Position numbers and translations under genes: made by a program. From Minisyncoccota bacterium (GTDB taxonomy: Bacteria; Patescibacteriota; Minisyncoccia; UBA6257; 2-01-FULL-56-20): DNA of 64,000 nt. The stretch spans positions 51,762-115,761 of the forward strand of contig JARLIC010000137.1 in assembly GCA_031291905.1 (NCBI GenBank), in the 5' to 3' direction. Within the stretch, counting starts at the first letter, position 1. Every line of letters begins with the position of its first letter. Of this stretch, positions 27,961 to 36,593 are shown piece after piece. The notes beneath the pieces were generated by a model. The model was not told the DNA's origin. It did no database searches and saw only the letters and a program-made list of their open reading frames with translations.

Positions 27961-28506
27961 CTACGTATGAAGCACATGGAACGGCTTGCGGACGCCGGCG
28001 CTATGGGCTTCGGCCGCTTCCAGCGACAACAGGATCGCCTTCTCTGGAGACTTGAACCCGTCCGACCGCTTCACTGCGTAGAGGCAACCGAGTGCGATGT
28101 CTTGCCCGCAACCCACGGCGTCATATCGATCCAGCGATTCGCCTACCTGGAAATCCGAATCGATCCTGAACAGCCTTCCTTGGAATCCGACGAGGAAGGT
28201 TCCCGCCGATTCCTGGCCCCTGTCGACGCTGAGATGGCCGGCGGATCGAAACCGTTCCCTTACGGCGTCAACGAATCGAGTCACCATGTACTCGTAAACG
28301 TCGTCGCCTTGATGTAGCTTCGGTGGCGTGAATCCGTAGCGAAGGATCTGGCCCATCCGAAACGATGATGTGAAACCGAACAGCATATCGCCGTTCAGGA
28401 ACACTTTCTCGTCGGACCTGACGGTCAGAGACAAGCCGCCGACTGCGGCACTGTCTCCACCGACATAGACGTCTTTGCCGTAAACCAGTCCGGCTATACA
28501 GGTCAA
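27961..28506 (-). CDS. HslV/proteasome-beta-like Ntn hydrolase
   Basis: N-terminus M-TCIAG..GKDVYVGGDSAAVGG....KVF...D.LFGFTSS and later AVGCGQDIALG parallel HslV (TTIVSV...GDGQ..GN..KVR..GFAGG; AIGSGG). Confidence 0.5.
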   Translation of the reverse strand: MTCIAGLVYGKDVYVGGDSAAVGGLSLTVRSDEKVFLNGDMLFGFTSSFRMGQILRYGFTPPKLHQGDDVYEYMVTRFVDAVRERFRSAGHLSVDRGQESAGTFLVGFQGRLFRIDSDFQVGESLDRYDAVGCGQDIALGCLYAVKRSDGFKSPEKAILLSLEAAEAHSAGVRKPFHVLHT

Positions 28507-28528
28507 ACGCGACTCCTGATTGGCATAG

Positions 28529-28762
28529 TTAGACCAGCGGCTTCCGGTCCTCGGACCTCTTGACGAGATAAAAGTCTTCAGTCAAGAGTTCCAACAACTT
28601 GTCGCCGTGCTCGTTTCTTGGGATCGACTCGACCGTGACATGAACGACGTCGTCGTGTTTAGAATCGATGGTGATACGCCGGACAGGAACAGTGATCCCG
28701 AGTGCTTGGGCAAGTTCCTTAAGAAACAAGGCCGGTGCGAATAAACTGGTGACGTTGCTCAT
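28529..28762 (-). CDS. hypothetical protein
   Basis: 77-aa ORF. Confidence 0.35.
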   Translation of the reverse strand: MSNVTSLFAPALFLKELAQALGITVPVRRITIDSKHDDVVHVTVESIPRNEHGDKLLELLTEDFYLVKRSEDRKPLV

Positions 28763-28780
28763 TCAGTCCCTTTTGAGAAA

Positions 28781-29587
28781 TCAAGGAGCGACAATGAACT
28801 CTTCGCCGTCATCGCCAAGACGATACGTCAGGTGACAATGGCAATTTTGTCGGCACTGGCGATCGCCAATACTCCTGAGACTTCCGATCGGAACGAAGCC
28901 TCTCGCGGAGTCTTCCAGGCAGTCCCCGCAGTGTTCGGCTTCTCCAAGGACCAAGCGTTCCTGATCGAACACCATGTTCCTGGCGTACGTCGCTCGGGCG
29001 ATCTCTTGCGAGCAGCCCCAGGCGCAGGCACCGTAGGATTCGGCTCGGGCGATGAATTGATTAGCCGTGATCGGTGCGGGGAAGATGAAGACTTCCAGCG
29101 TCTTGTCCGGATTGAAGGGCTGGGGCCGAAGCATGTCGGCCTGGAAGCGATCGAGGTAGGCGTCTTGCGTTACGGCCTGGCGTTCGGCCTGCTGGAGTTC
29201 ATCACTGGTCAAGGCTCGCGGGCCGAGCAAGCCCATCGCACCGGCGACGATCGATTCGCGGACGAAGCCTTTTATCCGTTTGAAGAACCGGCCCGCTTGT
29301 TCACGTAGAGACCGCCCAACTTGCTCATCTTCGGCTGGGCCGAGAAGACTCCGGCCTTCGTTCCAGTCGAGCTGGCTCCTTGCGAACTGCTGGGCTTCAT
29401 GCTTAATCCACGCTTTGGAAAAAGCACGAATGGCTTCGAGAAGGCGAAGACGCTCATGCCCATCGAGTTGCCCCTTGTTGTAGCGTGCGGTCCAGCCGAG
29501 CTTTTTGAGGACGTGTGCGAGGATCGCTTCGGCCGAAGCCGGCTTGTTCGTCAGCCGCTTGCTTCCGAGGGAAGGTCCACGGACCAC
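28781..29587 (-). CDS. Mu F-like head morphogenesis protein
   Basis: Located directly after the portal gene. C-terminal H...CRQNCHCHL resembles the Mu F domain His/Cys motif. Confidence 0.55.
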   Translation of the reverse strand: MVRGPSLGSKRLTNKPASAEAILAHVLKKLGWTARYNKGQLDGHERLRLLEAIRAFSKAWIKHEAQQFARSQLDWNEGRSLLGPAEDEQVGRSLREQAGRFFKRIKGFVRESIVAGAMGLLGPRALTSDELQQAERQAVTQDAYLDRFQADMLRPQPFNPDKTLEVFIFPAPITANQFIARAESYGACAWGCSQEIARATYARNMVFDQERLVLGEAEHCGDCLEDSARGFVPIGSLRSIGDRQCRQNCHCHLTYRLGDDGEEFIVAP

Positions 29588-31209
29588 GGCAGGTGATCGA
29601 AAGGGTCGCGATCCTCACCCTCCGCTAATCCTTCGACTCCATGAAGCTCCGCATCCTCTTGATCGAGGCCGCCATAAGCACCGCGAAGGCCGTCAGTCCC
29701 GCCATGCTCAAGACTTCGATTGCGGCTTGCATTGGGCTTCTTCTTCTTGTCGTCGCCGCCCTTGGCTTTCGGCTTCTTCTTCACGTCCTTGTTGTTGACG
29801 GCCGGGTTCCCGCCGCCTTCGGCCATTCCGATCGCACCGGCGGTGGCCATCTTGATTGTAGCTTCATTCATCTTAACAATCATCGACAGCGGCGACATGG
29901 TGTTCGGAAGAATCGGCTCGTCCCCCCACGGCACCGGAGGGAGGCCGGTTTCGGCGTTCCTCTGGTTGATCGTGATGCTTCCGTTCCTCAGATCCATGTC
30001 GAATATCTTGGTTTCTTGCTCGCGATCGACCTTGAGCGGGTTGTCGAAAGCGAAGAACAGCCGCCGGTCCCATTGCTGGATCACCCGCGTCAACTTGCTT
30101 GCGATCGACATGCACCGGGGGCTGATCGCCTGCTCGGCGTGCATCTCCTTGGCGGCCTGGAGGTTCGCCAGGTTCGTGTCGGTGGAGAAGAACTCTATCG
30201 GCGTGCCCATCGCGGCGCACATCGCCTGCCAGTCGTACTCGGCGATCTTCAGGCCCGAGAGGTCGGTCGGCGCATAGGTCGTCGGCTGGAAGTTCCACAT
30301 CCCGGTCGTGACCAGGATGCCGCCCTGGCGAGAGCGGGCGTGCTTCATGTTCAGTTCTTGCTCGAACTTCAGCCGCTCGGCGTCGCCGGGCATCGCGTTC
30401 GCGTCGGCGGGCGATGCGATCAGGTTGGGACGAGGCCCTTGCGCCAGGAGTTGCTCCTGGACCGACACGAACTTGTCTTCGAGCTTGGCGTACTCGTAAG
30501 CGGCGTAGAGCGGCGGGTACGACGCTCCGTAAGGGTCTTTCAGGCTCACGCCGTGACCGAAGTAGACGATCTCGTCGGGCTCCAGTCGACTGGCGAAATA
30601 CTGGTAGTGCGACGGAATCGGGGTTCCGGCTGCGCGGACCGGGAGGACGTACTGGCTGAACAGCGGCCAGAATTCCGTGTACGGCCTGCCTTCCGGCCCC
30701 TTGGGGGCGAAGTAAGCACGGCCGATGATGTCGCTGTAGAGCGAGATCATTTTGAGGATGTAGACGAGATCGAACATCCCGTACGGATCGGGATTGTTGA
30801 GCGTGTGGAGAAACGGATGCTCGCGAATCTCTCGAATATTCGCGACGTTCGTTCCATTGCTGGGGACGTACCCCGCGTTCCGCATGTGGCAGAACTGCCG
30901 AAGCGAAACCTCTCGCGGGTCGGAGATGTCCTTCGGCTTCTTGCCGTTCGTCGAGTCCATGTACAACTTGAGCGGAACGGAACTGACGGCGTTCGCGTTG
31001 ATGACGGCACAACTGTAGGCGATCGACTTGAAGTGCTCGATCAACTCGACCGGCGAAGGGGCCGGCTTGGACCGCCACGCGTCCGTGGTCGACGGGCCGC
31101 CGATCCACCCGGTGCCGAGAGAGAATCCCCCAGGGGGTCCAGAGGAGCCTTTACGCTCGACACTGAACGCCGATGCGTCGGCCTGGAGTCTTTCGAGGAA
31201 GCTTGCCAA
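29551..31209 (-). CDS. portal protein
   Basis: 552 aa, located downstream of terminase. Acidic/basic C-terminal tail. Central HPFLHTLNNPDPYGMFDLVYILK segment. Confidence 0.7.
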   Translation of the reverse strand: MASFLERLQADASAFSVERKGSSGPPGGFSLGTGWIGGPSTTDAWRSKPAPSPVELIEHFKSIAYSCAVINANAVSSVPLKLYMDSTNGKKPKDISDPREVSLRQFCHMRNAGYVPSNGTNVANIREIREHPFLHTLNNPDPYGMFDLVYILKMISLYSDIIGRAYFAPKGPEGRPYTEFWPLFSQYVLPVRAAGTPIPSHYQYFASRLEPDEIVYFGHGVSLKDPYGASYPPLYAAYEYAKLEDKFVSVQEQLLAQGPRPNLIASPADANAMPGDAERLKFEQELNMKHARSRQGGILVTTGMWNFQPTTYAPTDLSGLKIAEYDWQAMCAAMGTPIEFFSTDTNLANLQAAKEMHAEQAISPRCMSIASKLTRVIQQWDRRLFFAFDNPLKVDREQETKIFDMDLRNGSITINQRNAETGLPPVPWGDEPILPNTMSPLSMIVKMNEATIKMATAGAIGMAEGGGNPAVNNKDVKKKPKAKGGDDKKKKPNASRNRSLEHGGTDGLRGAYGGLDQEDAELHGVEGLAEGEDRDPFDHLPWSVDLPSEASG

Positions 31210-31224
31210 GTTTGATTGTCGCCG

Positions 31225-31494
31225 CTAAAGAACCCGGTCAAGGAACCAGGCTGGATAAACGTCTTCGAGTTCCGATCGCCACAAGAGGCCGTCTCGGATG
31301 TCCTGTTTCCACATCTTGACGGTGACGTTCATCCACCGAGCACCGACCGCGAATCCGTTGGGCCTTCGGTCGGCGAACAAGCCGAACTGGAGGTCGCCCT
31401 TGCCCGTAGTCTCAAACAAGTACATCTCTTCAGCGGCTTCGCCGGAGAAATCCAGGCCGTCCTCTTTGGCGAACATCCTGTAAATCTCAGACAT
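31225..31494 (-). CDS. hypothetical protein
   Basis: 89-aa ORF. Confidence 0.35.
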   Translation of the reverse strand: MSEIYRMFAKEDGLDFSGEAAEEMYLFETTGKGDLQFGLFADRRPNGFAVGARWMNVTVKMWKQDIRDGLLWRSELEDVYPAWFLDRVL

Positions 31495-31584
31495 GGCGAG
31501 CCACTTCTTGCTGATCTTCAGCCTGCTTTTCGCACTGACATAGACAACCTCGCAATTTGATTAGCCGACCGAGAGGGGAGTGGT

Positions 31585-31827
31585 TCAGGCAGGCCCAACA
31601 GGTCCGCCCAACGGCGGCGGCGGGTAGACGATCGGCGGGTTTGGCCCGGGGAAAGGTCCGGGGCTCGGCTCTGGTGCCGGAGTTGGTTCGCTCGGCGGAT
31701 TGCTCGGTGGCCGTGGAACGGTCGGGTCCGACACGATCACGGGCGGCATCACAACGCGTCCGGGGCTGATTCGCGGTTCAAGCGGCATTGCACCGCAGCA
31801 GCCGCACAGGCTGGGTATGAATCGCAT
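31585..31827 (-). CDS. Pro-rich small protein (uncertain)
   Basis: ORF could be a GC-rich artefact. N-terminus MRFIPSLCGCCG is followed by PxP repeats. Confidence 0.25.
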   Translation of the reverse strand: MRFIPSLCGCCGAMPLEPRISPGRVVMPPVIVSDPTVPRPPSNPPSEPTPAPEPSPGPFPGPNPPIVYPPPPLGGPVGPA

Positions 31828-31866
31828 ATGGTTGATCCGTGGGAGTGGATCGGAGGGAGAGATGAA

Positions 31867-31970
31867 GTGACGCGCCTTGGAATCGAACCAAGGTGGGCCA
31901 TCTACTGACGACCCCAGCCGCCAACAGCCCCGCTAAAAGGAGCGAAGCCTAACGTTGGTTGTCCGCGTCA
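31867..31970 (-). tRNA. non-canonical tRNA-like gene (~104 nt), candidate anticodon UUA
   Basis: On the minus strand TGACGCG...CCTTGGTTCGATTCCAAGGCGCGTCA-C shows a canonical T-arm (GGTTCGATTCC) and perfect 7-bp acceptor pairing (TGACGCG/CGCGTCA) 96 nt apart. Hairpin GCTCC-TTTTAGC-GGGGC gives a 7-nt loop with anticodon positions UUA. The D-arm and long variable region do not fold cleanly by hand. Confidence 0.4.
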
Positions 31971-32295
31971 ACTGATTCACGATTATCGTGATACAAGAAA
32001 GATCAGCATGGCGGTAATGTTGGTGACAAGGCATACCGCCCCGATCGAGATCCTGAACTTTCGTGCTTCGGTGATGCCATCTTGTTTAATGAAATTCAAG
32101 GCGAACAAGTTGATAACAAGCCACGCCAGCCACGCTCAAGCCAAGTGGATCGCCATCTAGTTCCTTTGTTCTACAATAAGGCTGTGAATCAGATTTCCTT
32201 AATACAGCAATTCCCGATTTTGAATAATAAGTTTCTAGGGACACCGTACGCTTTGGTCGATAGATCCACGGCGTATTCCTCTGCGCGAATTCCTT

Positions 32296-32559
32296 TCAGA
32301 TCTTCGGGCGAGTGCTCGATCGGCGTGAAGTGCCAAGCGGCGTCTCCCGCACGTCCATCAGCACCGACGTATCGGCCAGCCTGTCCCGGTTCCGACTCAT
32401 CGATTCGCCGTTCCAACGCCTATCCCCCTGGAAAATGCCGTAGCGACGCCTGACATCGACGACCTCGGCCATGCATCGCGGGCACACTTCGTCGTCAGCC
32501 GCGCAACCGCAGTCGCTGCAATAATCTTCACAGACATCGGCGTCGTCGTTGATCATCAA
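32296..32559 (-). CDS. small protein with N-terminal Cys cluster (CEDYCSDCGC....CPRC)
   Basis: ATGA-coupled to the upstream membrane-protein gene. Confidence 0.35.
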   Translation of the reverse strand: MMINDDADVCEDYCSDCGCAADDEVCPRCMAEVVDVRRRYGIFQGDRRWNGESMSRNRDRLADTSVLMDVRETPLGTSRRSSTRPKI

Positions 32560-32822
32560 TCACGTCGTCCATAAAAACGCTGGTTCAGGGCGGCGATCGT
32601 TTCCTCGCCGCTCCAGTGCAGCCAGAGCAGAGCCCGATAGAGCCTGAGGCCGACCCAACTGGCGCCCATGATGGGAATCGAAAGCACGCCCATGAAAACC
32701 TTGAAGAGAAAATCGGACCACCCCATGACGGCGGGTCCGGCAAGCCTCTCCAGCATGACTTCCGTCTTCGTCGGGCGATCGATCACGGCTTGCCCCTCGG
32801 TTTCGTTCTCGTCTTGCAGCAC
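32556..32822 (-). CDS. small membrane protein
   Basis: Hydrophobic stretch FLFKVFMGVLSIPIMGASWVGLRLYRALLWL. Confidence 0.45.
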   Translation of the reverse strand: MLQDENETEGQAVIDRPTKTEVMLERLAGPAVMGWSDFLFKVFMGVLSIPIMGASWVGLRLYRALLWLHWSGEETIAALNQRFYGRRD

Positions 32823-32886
32823 AGCAAGATAAATTCATTGCTACGATGGCAAGACTATCATCTTGCGAAGCAGAACGCAAGTCAGA

Positions 32887-33318
32887 TTAGGCGCCGACTT
32901 CGGTCCAGCGTTCGTCGTCCCAATCGCTCGTCATCGCCTCGTAGGTTCCGTCGTGCTGGGCCGGCGGCGGCGGCTGGATATTGTGCTTGGCCCCGTAGAT
33001 CGCCATCGCACGAACGACGAGCGGCGGCGGATTGCCGGTGGTCGCGGTCAGCGTGTCCCACCACTGGTGCGGGCCGTCTCCCTCGATCGCGACCTGGCGG
33101 CAGAAGTCGCACCGGAGGGCGGCCAGATCGTAGCGTCGCAGGAGTCGGGTTGATCGCTGTGTCGACCGGGTGCAGCGAGGGCAGGGGGGGCCGTCGTGCT
33201 TGATCACGACCTGGACTTCATCGTCCGGCACGTCGGCTTCGACGGCTTCAATAATGGCGTCTTCGGCATCGCGGGGCTTCGGGGGACGGCCGCGACGTTT
33301 GGTCTCGATCGTGCTCAT
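32887..33318 (-). CDS. basic zinc-ribbon protein (KRRGRPPKP; CPRC...CDFC)
   Basis: Overlaps the TerL stop by 4 nt. Confidence 0.45.
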   Translation of the reverse strand: MSTIETKRRGRPPKPRDAEDAIIEAVEADVPDDEVQVVIKHDGPPCPRCTRSTQRSTRLLRRYDLAALRCDFCRQVAIEGDGPHQWWDTLTATTGNPPPLVVRAMAIYGAKHNIQPPPPAQHDGTYEAMTSDWDDERWTEVGA

Positions 33319-35864
33319 GCTACCTCTATGTCCGTGTCATGCCACGAGTCGGGCCACCAGCGGGGGTCTTGCCAATCTTGCTGGGCGGCTCGATCTTTTT
33401 CGATCTTCTCCAGCCACGCCCGCTCCAGCCGTTCGCGTTCCATGCGTTCGCGTTCTTCGGGGGGGATGGCGGCTGGGCCACGCTTCTGGACTTCAAGAGA
33501 GGCGTAGGCGAGCACGTCGACTGTGTCGTCGTGGGCACCGTTAGGAAAGGTCATCAACTCGGTTTCGAGGTTGTCGAGTTCCGGGTGATGCTTGGGAAAC
33601 CAAATCTGACCGGCTTCCATGCGTATCTGGGCGTCTACGCTTCGGGCTATTTTATCGACGTTCCCGGTCTTGAGCGACTGGATCGTCAAGCCTTGCTTTC
33701 GAGCCGCTTTAATGACTAGGTTTTGCGCTGCAACATCTTCGATTCCACAATACGACGCCTTGTGCTTGTCCATCATCGCACGAATAGACGGGACGAGCTT
33801 ATCGCCGGTCATCTGTTCGCGATGCATGTCAAGAAGAATCAGGTCGCTGTCCGGCGTCACAGCCCACGCGCCGATGCATGTGTAGTCCGCACTGGTTCTT
33901 GTAGAAAATGCGAGGTCTACCGCCAGGAAAATTCGGCAGTGATCGAGGCTGAATGATCGTGTTTCAAGCCTGATGTAGTTTTCGTGCCGATCATAGTATT
34001 TGAAATCTGATCGCCGAAATAATCCACCACCCTCGGGGGAGGGGCGTTGCTGATACACAGAATTAAAAAGATGTTTTTGGGTTGCTTTGACACGAAGCAG
34101 GTATTCTTCGTTGAAGTGCTCGGGCCAGAGGGCTTCGCCTCGCTTGCGTCCCATCGGATCGTTATCTTCGGCCAAAGCCGGAAGATTATAGACGACCCAT
34201 TCCTCGCCCGTCTCTTTCGCTCGATCCAGGATCTTGCCGACCATGTCGGCTTCATGCCACCTCTGCATGACGACGACGATCGACCCACCGGGCTCAAGCC
34301 GCGTGTACGCGGTTCCGACGTACCAGTTCCAAGCCTTCTCGCGAAGCGTCTCGCTGAACGCATCCTCTTGCTTCTGGACGTCGTCAAGCACAAGTAGGTG
34401 CGCTCCCTTCCCGAGCAACGCGCCCCCCATGCCGACGGTCTGCATTCCGCCGCTGTGGCCCTTGAGCATCCAGCGATCGGCGGCCTTGCTATCCTGGCGG
34501 ATCTTGACTCCGAAGTATTTCTCGCCGTCCTCTTCGATCAGGTCGCGTACCTTGCGTCCCCACTCGGAAGCGAACTCAGCCTCATACGACGCCAGGATCA
34601 CTTTCTTGTCCGGGTTCCTCCCCAGATACCACGCCGGGAAGTACATCGACGTCATTGTGCTATTGCACGTCGGAATCATCGAGCGGCCACACAAAAACAT
34701 GTGGCTCGGTGAGTCGACTTCGATGCAAACAGTGTCGCCGGTTCCGACGTACGTGGCGCCGATGTATCGGTTCGGCTGCTTAACGCCGTCGCGACATCGC
34801 GGCGACTTCCGAGGCGACTTGCAGGCCCCTGCTTTATAGAACATGACGCGGAATTTGGGTCCGCAATCTTTTCCATAAAGCGTAGCTCTTCCAAGTATCA
34901 GGCTCGCCTTGGTTCCGAGTGAACGAACGAGTTCAAGGCAGCCTTCAGCCAATGCTAGGTCTGTCGAGCAAAACTCGACCTGGCCATCCGGAGCGACATG
35001 GCCATCCGTGTCGCAAAGCCCACGAAGCAACTCAAACCTTTGGCTCTCGCTCGCTCGCAGGTATTGGTTCGGGACATGCTTGTTCTTCAGCAGGCCGAGT
35101 TCGCGAAGCTTTCCGCCAAGGCCCATGACCCCAAATACGTTTTCGACCGACCGATCTCTCGTCTCGTAGCCGAGCCGCGAAAGTTCTTCCTTGAACCACT
35201 CAGTATCCAGGCCGTTGCACGTGATGCCGCAGTTCTCGGAGCAGCCGTTTCCAAGCCAAACACCGAGGACGTACGGGTCGATCGGCAAGTCGGCATCGGG
35301 AAGCTGAAGTGCCCCCTGCTTGCGGACCATAAGCCTCTTGTTTCGAGGCTTCGAGAGATAGGCGGTGTCTTTGACGTGGAATATATCGCGAGTCTTCGCC
35401 TTGCTGACGACCCACTCGTGATTTTGGTCGGCGAAGATTTCATCGCCGTCGTCGGTTGTTACTCGGTAGATCGGGCGGTTCTTCCAGACGGGAGACTTTG
35501 CCACAACGTTACAGGGCTGACCGTCTTCATTAAAGACCTGATCGCCCGGCTTCAGTTCCCCTATCGTCGTCCAGCCGGAAGGCGTCGGGATCGGGGTGCT
35601 CAGGGCTAAGGCTTTCCCGTGCCTCGGTGGCACCGTCACAATTAATCGTTTGATCCGGCCCTCCGCCACATCCATCATCTTCTGCGTCAAGAAGAGAAGA
35701 TGTTTCGCCGGCTTCCACTGAAATTCGCTCGAAAGATGTGCATAGTGCGCGGGGCTCAGGTTCGCTATATGCTTCTCTAGGCTGAATCGCTCCTGCGAGT
35801 TGAGTGAGGCCGCCAAGGAGCGTAAGGACTCGATCTGTTGCGGCGTCTCCATTGAGGTGATCAA
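33315..35864 (-). CDS. terminase large subunit interrupted by an intein
   Basis: N-terminal ATPase region runs through the Walker A up to VTVPPRHGK. It resumes as STMTSMYFPAWYLG.. after ~317 inserted residues. C-terminal RNase-H-like nuclease (FLAVDLAFS...DSDLILLD). Confidence 0.85.
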   Translation of the reverse strand: MITSMETPQQIESLRSLAASLNSQERFSLEKHIANLSPAHYAHLSSEFQWKPAKHLLFLTQKMMDVAEGRIKRLIVTVPPRHGKALALSTPIPTPSGWTTIGELKPGDQVFNEDGQPCNVVAKSPVWKNRPIYRVTTDDGDEIFADQNHEWVVSKAKTRDIFHVKDTAYLSKPRNKRLMVRKQGALQLPDADLPIDPYVLGVWLGNGCSENCGITCNGLDTEWFKEELSRLGYETRDRSVENVFGVMGLGGKLRELGLLKNKHVPNQYLRASESQRFELLRGLCDTDGHVAPDGQVEFCSTDLALAEGCLELVRSLGTKASLILGRATLYGKDCGPKFRVMFYKAGACKSPRKSPRCRDGVKQPNRYIGATYVGTGDTVCIEVDSPSHMFLCGRSMIPTCNSTMTSMYFPAWYLGRNPDKKVILASYEAEFASEWGRKVRDLIEEDGEKYFGVKIRQDSKAADRWMLKGHSGGMQTVGMGGALLGKGAHLLVLDDVQKQEDAFSETLREKAWNWYVGTAYTRLEPGGSIVVVMQRWHEADMVGKILDRAKETGEEWVVYNLPALAEDNDPMGRKRGEALWPEHFNEEYLLRVKATQKHLFNSVYQQRPSPEGGGLFRRSDFKYYDRHENYIRLETRSFSLDHCRIFLAVDLAFSTRTSADYTCIGAWAVTPDSDLILLDMHREQMTGDKLVPSIRAMMDKHKASYCGIEDVAAQNLVIKAARKQGLTIQSLKTGNVDKIARSVDAQIRMEAGQIWFPKHHPELDNLETELMTFPNGAHDDTVDVLAYASLEVQKRGPAAIPPEERERMERERLERAWLEKIEKDRAAQQDWQDPRWWPDSWHDTDIEVA
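34662..35612 (-). mobile_element. intein with LAGLIDADG homing endonuclease inserted in the terminase P-loop
   Basis: Hint N-blocks ALALSTPIPTPSGWTTIGELKPGDQVFNEDG and ..IFADQNHEWVV. Two LAGLIDADG motifs: YVLGVWLGNGCS and LLRGLCDTDGHV. C-terminal block ..VCIEVDSPSHMFLCGRSMIPTCN followed by S. Confidence 0.7.
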
Positions 35865-36345
35865 TCTCGATCCTCTGCACGAACATCCCGTGGTACTTGG
35901 CGAGTTTGTCCATCGCCTCGGCCGCGTCGTGGAACTTGACCTCGATCGCGCCGCTCGGGTGGATCTTGAGATCCTTGATCAGGTTGCCCTTCTTGAGCTT
36001 CTTGACCTTCTTCAGGTCCAGCACAGGCTTCTCGATCGGCTCGCCGCTGGAGTCGAGCTTGACGTTGCCTCTGGCGTCCACGTCTTCAACGAACTCGACG
36101 AACTCCATCACGTCCAGTGAGGCGATCGTCGACAGTCGTGCCAGAACCTCGGCGACCGGCATCGCCCCGGATTCTTCGAGCTTCTGTTCGAGGTATCCGC
36201 TGATCACCCTGCTTTTGAGTAGTTGAAAGGCGGCCGACTCAGGATTCGCGTACCCCGCCATCTTCGCGGCTTTGACCGCGTTGTCTTTGGCGTCGCCAAG
36301 GTAGTAGTGGACGAACAGACGTTGGCGGTGGTTGAGCGTCGACAT
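35530..36345 (-). CDS. terminase small subunit
   Basis: N-terminus LNHRQRLFVHYYLGDAKDNAVKAAKMAGYANPESAAFQLLK fits the terminase small-subunit pattern. The 3' 335 nt overlap the TerL ORF in another frame. Confidence 0.65.
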   Translation of the reverse strand: MSTLNHRQRLFVHYYLGDAKDNAVKAAKMAGYANPESAAFQLLKSRVISGYLEQKLEESGAMPVAEVLARLSTIASLDVMEFVEFVEDVDARGNVKLDSSGEPIEKPVLDLKKVKKLKKGNLIKDLKIHPSGAIEVKFHDAAEAMDKLAKYHGMFVQRIEIDHLNGDAATDRVLTLLGGLTQLAGAIQPREAYSEPEPRALCTSFERISVEAGETSSLLDAEDDGCGGGPDQTINCDGATEARESLSPEHPDPDAFRLDDDRGTEAGRSGL

Positions 36346-36352
36346 GGGCGGT

Positions 36353-36577
36353 TCAGCGGGAGTGCGTGGGGAGCAGGATGTGGCCTACCAGGGTTCCCAA
36401 AGCGAAAACCGCCACGACGAACGTCACGGGGTAATCGGCGAACAGGCGAGCGGCGACCCGAGAATACGTGGCGTGAACGCCGAACGTCTTCATCAGCCAA
36501 ACGTCGGACGCGATGATGAACAACGCGACCGCGACCATCAGGGCCAACGTCAGCCATTGCCGTTGAACATCGTCCAT
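36353..36577 (-). CDS. two-TM small membrane protein (holin-like candidate)
   Basis: 74 aa with two hydrophobic helices, just upstream of TerS. Confidence 0.4.
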   Translation of the reverse strand: MDDVQRQWLTLALMVAVALFIIASDVWLMKTFGVHATYSRVAARLFADYPVTFVVAVFALGTLVGHILLPTHSR

Positions 36578-36593
36578 CGCGTCGCCCCGCGAA

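Noticed and set aside
31867-31905. T-arm plus acceptor fragment considered as a partial-tRNA att site of an integrated prophage.
   Set aside because: A perfectly complementary 5' acceptor strand exists 96 nt upstream, and no integrase is present in the window. A full-length, if odd, phage-encoded tRNA-like gene is more parsimonious.
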